Source: Nevskiales bacterium (GTDB taxonomy: Bacteria; Pseudomonadota; Gammaproteobacteria; Nevskiales; JBOICV01). From it: DNA of 64,000 nt. Below, one piece after another: positions 57,728 to 64,000 of this stretch (position 1 is its first letter; each line of letters starts with the position of its first letter). Made by a program: the position numbers and the translations under genes. The stretch covers positions 24,708 to 88,707 of the forward strand of contig JBOICV010000092.1 of assembly GCA_050740255.1 (NCBI GenBank), read 5' to 3'. Below the pieces are notes generated by a model. It did not search any database and was not told the DNA's origin. It saw nothing but the letters and a program-made list of their open reading frames with translations.

Positions 57728-58528
57728 CTATTCGCCGCCGGGAGCGCCCGCCGCGGCCATTCCCATGATGCTATAGCCGGCATCGACATAAACGATCTCG
57801 CCGGTGATGCCGGAGGCGAGGCTGGAACAAAGGAAGGCGGCTGCATTGCCGACCTCGTCGATGCGCACGTTGCGTTTCAGCGGCGCAATCTGCTCGGCGC
57901 TCGCAAGCATGCCGCGAAAACCCTTGATACCGGCCGCGGCCAATGTCTTGATCGGCCCGGCTGAGATGGCATTGACGCGAATGCCTTCGGCGCCCAGTTC
58001 CGCCGCCATGAAACGCACATTGGCTTCAAGGCTGGCTTTGGCCGGCCCCATGACGTTGTACATGGGTACGGCCCGCTCGGCACCCAGATAAGTCAGCGTC
58101 AGCAAGGCAGCTTCGCGCCCCTGTAACAAGGCGCGTGCGGCCTTGGCCAGCGCGGCAAAGCTGTAGGCGGAGATGTCGTGCGCAATCGCGTAGCCCTCGC
58201 GCGTGACCGTTTCCAGATAGCCGCCCGCCAGCAGTTCGCGCGGCGCGTAGCCAATGGAATGCACCAGAATGTCCAGCCCGCTCCAACGCTGCTGGATCGC
58301 AGCCATTACGGCGTCGATCTCGGCGTCGCGGGTGACATCGCAGGGCAGGACGAAGTCGGAGCCACATTCCGCAGCCATGTCCACTACGCGCTCTTTGAGT
58401 TTTTCGCCTTGATAGGTAAACACCAGCTCAGCGCCTTCGCGGCGAAAGGCTTGTGCGATACCCCATGCAATCGAGCGGGTGCTGGCCAGGCCCGTTATTA
58501 ACGCCTTCTTACCGGCAAGAAAACCCAT
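57728..58528 (-). CDS. fabI: Enoyl-[acyl-carrier-protein] reductase (NADH) FabI
   Basis: It starts [27 protein letters not shown] and has the segments [21 protein letters not shown] and [14 protein letters not shown]. Confidence 0.96.
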   Translation of the reverse strand: MGFLAGKKALITGLASTRSIAWGIAQAFRREGAELVFTYQGEKLKERVVDMAAECGSDFVLPCDVTRDAEIDAVMAAIQQRWSGLDILVHSIGYAPRELLAGGYLETVTREGYAIAHDISAYSFAALAKAARALLQGREAALLTLTYLGAERAVPMYNVMGPAKASLEANVRFMAAELGAEGIRVNAISAGPIKTLAAAGIKGFRGMLASAEQIAPLKRNVRIDEVGNAAAFLCSSLASGITGEIVYVDAGYSIMGMAAAGAPGGE

Positions 58529-58584
58529 GCCTCATGTCCTATGCGAGGAGTGAAGCGCGTATTGTAAAGAGTTGGGGGGCTTGC

Positions 58585-60147
58585 TTACAGAGACGCGCGG
58601 CGGCGCTCGCGGGGCAGCAGTAGTTTTAGTTTTAAGCCGGGCGCCAGGACCGCTTGCTGTGCGAGTCCGTTCCAGGCGCAGATTCCGGCGACGTCCAAAC
58701 CGAAGCGTTTGGCGATTGTGACCAGACTCTCGCCTTCGCCGACGGTATACACCACCCCCGTGAAGCTGGGCGGCTGATGCGGTGGTTCCTGCAGCCATAG
58801 GGTGAGTTGCCGGCCCGGCTTCAGCGGGCTGTCCGGTTGCAGACCGTTCCAGGCCGCCAGCCGGCGGATGCTGACGTAGTGTTTGCGTGAAATATCCCAC
58901 AGCGAGTCACCGGCCTGCACGGTGTAGCTGAAACGCCGCGCCGCCTCGGGCGCTTTGGCCACGGCGACTTTCAGCGGCTGTGCTCTATTCTTGGCGGAGC
59001 TTTCGACTGGTGCGTTGCGCGCGGCTGCCAGTCGGGCGTTTTCCGGCAGACGCAAACTCTGCGTCAGCCGTTTCGCCGCCGCCTGCGGCAGATAAAGATA
59101 GTGCGGGCCAGCGGGATCGGTGCCGGTCCGCTTAAGCGCGGGGTTGGTCAGCTGCAAATCGGCCAGGCTCAGACCGGCGAGGGCCGCCGCCTGAGCCAAG
59201 GGGGTCGGACCGGCCAGGGGCACCTGCACTAGTTGCGCGCGGTTCGGTAGCGGCGGCAAGTCCACACCATACTGCTGCGGCGTGGCAATCAACTCCGCCA
59301 GCCCGAGTAAATTCGGTACATAACGCTGCGTTTCCCGGGGCAATTTAAGCTGCCAGAAATCCCTCCCGTGTTTGGCAGCAGACATGGCCTTGTCTACACG
59401 TCCTTCGCCGGCGTTGTAAGCCGCCAGCGCCAGCAACCAGTCGCCGCTGAAGCGCCGATGCAGAAATTGCAGATAGTCCAACGCGGCCTCGGTGGCGGCG
59501 CGGGTATCCAGACGGCCGTCATACCACGGCGTACTCCTCAAACCCCAGTGCAGCGCCGTGCCCGGCATGAATTGCCACAAACCCGCGGCATGACGCGGCG
59601 AATAGGCGAAAGGGTTGTAGTGGCTTTCCACGGCTGGCACCAGCGCCAGTTCCAGCGGCAGTTTGCGCGCTTCAAGCTCAACCAGGATGTCGTATAGAAA
59701 CGGCTCGGCCCGCGCCAGCATCCGGCGAGTCGAGCGGCGATGCGCGCTGTAGCGGCGCGCAAACCGTTGTACTTCCGGATGACGGTGCCCACTCAGGGTG
59801 AAACCGCGAGTCAGCCGCGGCCAGATAGTCGCCTCACCCTTACCCAAAGAATGCGGGGTAGGCGGGGCCGCAGGCGCCGCCGCTTTGACCGCTATTTCGG
59901 AGGGTGTAGGCGGCTGCGGCTTTGGCGCCGCGCTCGGCTCGGGCGCCGAGTCCGCGCTTAGCGCGGGCGGCGGCGCCGGCGGATCCTCCGGCGGCAGCAG
60001 CGGCACCTTGGTGACGAGCAGCGGGCTTGGCGTGAGACTAATCGCCAAGGCGCCTGAGTCCTTGACCAACTGCGGCGAGCAGGCCGATACAAATGGACCT
60101 AGTGCCAGCGCGACGCTGAGCTGCCGGAGTCTGCGTTTGCGCGTCAT
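58585..60147 (-). CDS. mltD: Membrane-bound lytic murein transglycosylase D-like lipoprotein with LysM domains
   Basis: Lipobox PFVSAC. It has the SLT region VPAVESHYNPFAYSPRHAAGLWQFMPGTA and C-terminal LysM repeats (YTVQAGDSLWDISRKH, YTVGEGESLVTIAKRF). Its position next to gloB matches E. coli. Confidence 0.88.
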   Translation of the reverse strand: MTRKRRLRQLSVALALGPFVSACSPQLVKDSGALAISLTPSPLLVTKVPLLPPEDPPAPPPALSADSAPEPSAAPKPQPPTPSEIAVKAAAPAAPPTPHSLGKGEATIWPRLTRGFTLSGHRHPEVQRFARRYSAHRRSTRRMLARAEPFLYDILVELEARKLPLELALVPAVESHYNPFAYSPRHAAGLWQFMPGTALHWGLRSTPWYDGRLDTRAATEAALDYLQFLHRRFSGDWLLALAAYNAGEGRVDKAMSAAKHGRDFWQLKLPRETQRYVPNLLGLAELIATPQQYGVDLPPLPNRAQLVQVPLAGPTPLAQAAALAGLSLADLQLTNPALKRTGTDPAGPHYLYLPQAAAKRLTQSLRLPENARLAAARNAPVESSAKNRAQPLKVAVAKAPEAARRFSYTVQAGDSLWDISRKHYVSIRRLAAWNGLQPDSPLKPGRQLTLWLQEPPHQPPSFTGVVYTVGEGESLVTIAKRFGLDVAGICAWNGLAQQAVLAPGLKLKLLLPRERRRASL

Positions 60148-60148
60148 A

Positions 60149-60955
60149 TCAGACGGCGGGTGCTTTGAACTGATCCTTCCAGCGCCGCAAGCCCGCGAAA
60201 GTCTCTATCTCGTCGCTTACCGTGCGGCCGAGCTGCTCGCTCACCGCGGCCTGCACGTCGGCATGGGCACAGCGCAGAAAAGGATTGCAGGCTTGTTCGT
60301 CTGCCAGCGTTGAGGGCAGGCTGGGTTGCCCGCGGTCGCGCAAGCGCCGCACGGCCGCCAGTTTTTGCGCCACTGCTACATTGTCCGGCTCCACCACGCG
60401 CGCGAACTGGAGGTTCGCCAGAGTGTACTCATGGCCGCAAAAAATCTGCGTCGCGGGCGGCAGCGCGGCCAGTCGGCTAAGCGAGCTGTGCATCATCGCC
60501 GGCGTGCCTTCGAACAGTCGGCCGCAGCCGGCGCTGAACAGGGTGTCGCCGCTGAACAGCCAGCCGTGGCCGTAGAAAGCGATCGCGCCGAGGGTGTGGC
60601 CCGGCACATGCACAACATCGAAACTGAGACCCAGTGCGTCGATCGTGAATTGTTCGCCCCCCTGCAGCGGATGGCTGAGGCCGGGGATCGGCGCGCGTTC
60701 CTGCGCGGGACCGTAGACCGGCACAGCGTGCTCGCGCAGCAATTCAGCGATGCCGCCGGTGTGATCCCAGTGATGATGCGTAATGAGCACGGCGGCGAGT
60801 TCCGCCTGCTGCGCCCGTAACCAAGCGCGCACCGCCGCAGCCTCGCCGGGATCCACCACGGCGAACCGGCGTGCCTCCTCTCCTCTCCCGCGCAACGCCC
60901 AGATATAGTTATCATGCAGTGCAGGTATCGCCTCGGGGCAGACTCCATGCTGCAT
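60149..60955 (-). CDS. gloB: Hydroxyacylglutathione hydrolase (glyoxalase II)
   Basis: It starts MQHGVCPEAIPALHDNYIWAL and has the metal motif THHHWDHTGG and the segment GHEYT. A GTG at 60961 is an alternative start. Confidence 0.93.
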   Translation of the reverse strand: MQHGVCPEAIPALHDNYIWALRGRGEEARRFAVVDPGEAAAVRAWLRAQQAELAAVLITHHHWDHTGGIAELLREHAVPVYGPAQERAPIPGLSHPLQGGEQFTIDALGLSFDVVHVPGHTLGAIAFYGHGWLFSGDTLFSAGCGRLFEGTPAMMHSSLSRLAALPPATQIFCGHEYTLANLQFARVVEPDNVAVAQKLAAVRRLRDRGQPSLPSTLADEQACNPFLRCAHADVQAAVSEQLGRTVSDEIETFAGLRRWKDQFKAPAV

Positions 60956-61030
60956 ACGCACCTATACTGGTGAGCGGGCGAAGCAACGTCAATCGCATTT
61001 TTCACCAGGCCTCTTGCCAAAGTTTCTGTC

Positions 61031-61789
61031 ATGCGCTACGCCGCCGACGAACTCATCCAAACCTTGACCGGTCCGCGTGGCCGGCTATTGCTCGCGCGCG
61101 AGCGGCGCGAGCTGCAAAGCCTGCTGCCGCAGCTCACCGGTTACCGTTTCGTGCAAATCGGTTGCTGGAACGGTTTGCAGGAATGGCTGGGCAAGGCGCT
61201 GCAGGCGGAGGGCGGCCGCGTACAGTACTGGACGGTGGCGGCCCGCGCCGCCGACGGCGTGCACGTCTGCGCCGAGCCGGAGCGCTTGCCGATAGCGAGC
61301 CAAAGTGTGGATGCGGTGTTTCTGCCGCACAGCCTGGAGCAGGCCGCTTCCTCGCACCGGCTGTTGCGCGAAGTGGATCGCATTCTATGCCCGCATGGGC
61401 AATTGATCGTGCTCGGCTTCAACCCCTTAAGTCCCTGGAGTCTGGCGCGACGTCTGCAACAGCTGCTGCGGCGCCAGCTTCAGGCGAGCCGCTTTTATGG
61501 GGCCGCGCGCGTCGGCGACTGGCTCGGTTTGCTCGACTATGAAGTGCAGGAACTGCGGCGCTTCGGCAGTTTCTGGAACGGCCCGGGCGGGCGGGCGGTG
61601 AATTCACGCTGGGCTGAAAGGCTGACGGCGCCCCTGGCGCAAGCCTACGTCATTTTCGCGCGCAAACGCGTCGTGCCGCTTACACCCGCGCGACCGCGCT
61701 GGCGGCAACTGCCCAAGATCGGCGCGGTGGCCATGCCGGAGGCGCGCGTATCTCGCGCCAGCCGTGCGCATTTGAGACTGGTTAAGTGA
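61031..61789 (+). CDS. Class I SAM-dependent methyltransferase (YafS-like by position)
   Basis: 252 aa. It lies between gloB (divergent) and rnhA, as yafS does in E. coli. It has the segments [12 protein letters not shown] and [21 protein letters not shown]. Confidence 0.75.
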   Translation: MRYAADELIQTLTGPRGRLLLARERRELQSLLPQLTGYRFVQIGCWNGLQEWLGKALQAEGGRVQYWTVAARAADGVHVCAEPERLPIASQSVDAVFLPHSLEQAASSHRLLREVDRILCPHGQLIVLGFNPLSPWSLARRLQQLLRRQLQASRFYGAARVGDWLGLLDYEVQELRRFGSFWNGPGGRAVNSRWAERLTAPLAQAYVIFARKRVVPLTPARPRWRQLPKIGAVAMPEARVSRASRAHLRLVK

Positions 61790-62253
61790 AAGACCCAGTA
61801 AAAGACGTGGTCATTCACACGGATGGCGCCTGCAGCGGCAATCCGGGCCCCGGGGGTTGGGGCGCAGTGCTGGAGTACAACGGCCGCCGCCGCGAGCTGA
61901 AAGGCGGCGAGCCGGCCACCACCAACAATCGCATGGAGTTGATGGCCGCGATTCAGGCGCTAACGGCCTTGCGCGAGCGTTGTCAGGTCCTGCTTTATAC
62001 CGATTCGAATTATGTCCGGTTGGGTATTACGGAATGGTTGCCTGCCTGGAAGGCGCGTGGCTGGAAAACCGCGGGCAAGGCGCCGGTGAAGAATGTGGAC
62101 CTGTGGCAGCGACTGGACGCTCTGGCGCAAAGCCACGACGTGGTGTGGCGCTGGGTCAAGGGCCATAGCGGCGACGTCAACAATGACCGCGCGGACGAGT
62201 TGGCCCGCAGCGCGATCATGGAACTGCAGCAGCGTGCCGCCGTGGGGGCGTGA
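61786..62253 (+). CDS. rnhA: Ribonuclease HI
   Basis: It has the segments [33 protein letters not shown] and [17 protein letters not shown]. It overlaps the upstream stop as GTGA. Confidence 0.96.
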   Translation: MKDPVKDVVIHTDGACSGNPGPGGWGAVLEYNGRRRELKGGEPATTNNRMELMAAIQALTALRERCQVLLYTDSNYVRLGITEWLPAWKARGWKTAGKAPVKNVDLWQRLDALAQSHDVVWRWVKGHSGDVNNDRADELARSAIMELQQRAAVGA

Positions 62254-62969
62254 GCATGCGGCAAATCGTGCTGGATACCGAGACCACCGGCCTCGAAGTG
62301 GCGCTGGATCACCGGATCATCGAAATCGGCTGCGTTGAGTTGCGGCATCGCCGCCAGAGCGGCAATAACTTTCACGTCTATATCAATCCCGAGCGCGAAA
62401 TCGACGCCGGCGCGGTGGCGGTGCATGGCATCACCAATGCGTCGCTGGCCGACAAGCCACAATTCGCTGACGTCGCTGCTGAGCTGCTGCGCTATCTCGG
62501 CGAGGCGGAGCTGATTATCCACAATGCCAGCTTCGACCTGGGCTTTCTGAATGCGGAGTTGCGGCGCGCCGGGGTGCAAAGTCCCGCACTCGAAACGCGC
62601 TTGAAAGTGATCGACACTTTAGCGCTGGCGCGGCAACTGCATCCGGGTCAGAAGAACTCGCTGGATGCCTTGTGCAAGCGTTATACCGTGGATAACTCGC
62701 GCCGTGAATTCCACGGCGCGTTGCTCGATGCGCAGTTGCTGGCGGAGGTGTATCTGGCCATGACCGGCGGCCAGACCGCCATGAGCCTGGATGACGCTAC
62801 CGCGGCGCAGCTCAGCGCCGGTGAGAGTGTGGCGGCCTTGCTCGGCCGCCTGGGCAGACGGCCGCCCATTGTCGAGCCCAACGCAGCCGAGTTGGCCGAA
62901 CATCAGCGGCGTCTGCAGGCGATCGAGCAGGCCAGCGAGGGGAATTGCCTGTGGCTGCATCCAGCGTAA
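62250..62969 (+). CDS. dnaQ: DNA polymerase III subunit epsilon (3'-5' proofreading exonuclease)
   Basis: It has Exo[12 protein letters not shown], the segment [12 protein letters not shown], and Exo[17 protein letters not shown]. Confidence 0.96.
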   Translation: MSMRQIVLDTETTGLEVALDHRIIEIGCVELRHRRQSGNNFHVYINPEREIDAGAVAVHGITNASLADKPQFADVAAELLRYLGEAELIIHNASFDLGFLNAELRRAGVQSPALETRLKVIDTLALARQLHPGQKNSLDALCKRYTVDNSRREFHGALLDAQLLAEVYLAMTGGQTAMSLDDATAAQLSAGESVAALLGRLGRRPPIVEPNAAELAEHQRRLQAIEQASEGNCLWLHPA

Positions 62970-62971
62970 GC

Positions 62972-64000
62972 CTAAGTTCGCTTCAAACTACGCCGTAGCC
63001 CGGCGATTTCGCGCGCGAATTCCGGCGCCTGGGGCACATGACCGCTTTGTGCGGATTGCAAGTAGCGCAATCTCACATAGTAGTCACGCACCCGCGCCAA
63101 AGCTTCGGCCTGTGCCGGATAGTGCGCGATTAGGCGCCTGGTGAAATTCAGCGGACCTTCACCCGGGGCGCGGATGAGTCCGCGCCGCGCTAACCATTGG
63201 CAGTAGCGCTGCCACTCGCGCTGCACCGGATCGGGATGCGGACGCGGTCGTAGCTGCCACAACTGAAACGCGCCCAACGCGCCGGCCACCGTTACCAGCA
63301 GGACCGTGAGCACGAGCACCATCTGGCCCCAGTCGCGCAGGCCGAAGCGCCGCAGAAAATCAGCCTGGCGCTCGGGTCCGTAAGCCAGCACTAAGCCATT
63401 CCAGTTGGCGTTAAGCCAGTCCCAGCGCGCCGCCACCCAGAGACTCAAGCTCGCCCGGCTCCAGCCGAGGCCCGGCAGGCGTTCGCCGCTGGCGGCGAGC
63501 GCGCTTTCGATGCCCAGCTCGATGCGTGACGGTGCGACCGCGGCGGTGGGATCAATGCGTACCCAGCCGCGGCCTGCCAGCCACACCTCGCTCCAGGCGT
63601 GCGCATCCGACTGCCGCACGACCATATAACCGCCCACTTGGTTGATTTCACCGCCCTGGTAGCCGGTAACCACGCGCGCGGGAATACCCGCGGCGCGCAT
63701 CAGCGCGGTGAAGCTGCTCGCGTAGTGCTCGCAGAAACCACGCCGCGTCTCGAACAGGAAATCATCCACGCTGTGGGCCCCCAGCGGCGGCGGCTCCAGC
63801 GTGTAGAAAAATTCCTGCTCCCGGTACATGCGCAGAACCCGCTCGATGAGTTGCTCATCGGATAGTCCCTCGCCGCGGAGTTGCTGCGCGAACTCGTAGC
63901 TGCGCGGGTTGCGGTTGCGCGGCCAGCGGATGCTCAGTTCGCGCACCGCTTCCGGCAGTTCGGGCTGTAGCACATAACTCGAATAGGACGTCAGCCGGTA
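62972..64000 (-). CDS. Transglutaminase-like (TgpA-type) membrane protein, C-terminal part (5' end lies beyond the window)
   Basis: The frame is open to base 64000. It has the catalytic Cys context RRGFCEHYASSFTALMRAAGIPARVVTGY, the segment SDAHAWSEVW, a TM helix and a C-terminal tail. Confidence 0.85.
   Translation of the reverse strand, partial: YRLTSYSSYVLQPELPEAVRELSIRWPRNRNPRSYEFAQQLRGEGLSDEQLIERVLRMYREQEFFYTLEPPPLGAHSVDDFLFETRRGFCEHYASSFTALMRAAGIPARVVTGYQGGEINQVGGYMVVRQSDAHAWSEVWLAGRGWVRIDPTAAVAPSRIELGIESALAASGERLPGLGWSRASLSLWVAARWDWLNANWNGLVLAYGPERQADFLRRFGLRDWGQMVLVLTVLLVTVAGALGAFQLWQLRPRPHPDPVQREWQRYCQWLARRGLIRAPGEGPLNFTRRLIAHYPAQAEALARVRDYYVRLRYLQSAQSGHVPQAPEFAREIAGLRRSLKRT

Overview
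By eye this is a GC-rich, gammaproteobacterium-like chromosomal window made mostly of tightly packed housekeeping genes in familiar syntenic blocks. These are: FmdB-DUF502-aspS; nadA, cysC, glyA; nrdR-ribD-ribE-ribBA-ribH-nusB-thiL-pgpA; cysS ... folD; a tRNA cluster (Pro-Arg-His-Lys); an RND efflux pair plus rlmJ; tRNA-Leu followed by tig-clpP-clpX-lon-hupB-tRNA-Val-tRNA-Asp-ppiD; fabI; and mltD-gloB facing methyltransferase-rnhA-dnaQ. The content worth a second look is as follows. (1) A mercury-type operon sits between cysS and folD. It reads merR, a textbook MerR operator/promoter, merT, merP, an AhpD/CMD-fold CxxC protein ending in CC, a secreted unknown, then merB. It has no merA and no mobility genes. 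(2) A dispersed family of C/T-rich/G/A-rich palindromic (REP-like) elements has copies lying in frame inside thiL and ribD, and composite copies flanking tRNA-Leu. (3) A second copy of the tRNA-Lys 3' end is split in its T-loop by a 71-nt hairpin-rich insert. It lies next to a less GC-rich-looking MBL-fold gene and a small envelope-protein operon. (4) A lipoprotein gene has an in-frame TGA followed by 74 further open codons, and its terminator lies only after that extension. The extension shares a Gly-rich linker plus an LC-x-x-P-x-L-x-P...C motif with the C-terminus of a 630-aa Ig-like lipoprotein. (5) A CHASE2 nucleotide cyclase lies divergent from a 2x cNMP-binding/rhodanese protein. All product calls come from recognising motifs in the supplied translations. 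No database, HMM or folding computation could be run, and GC content was judged by eye only. Many long ORFs in the track are antisense or alternate-frame shadows typical of GC-rich DNA and were not called.
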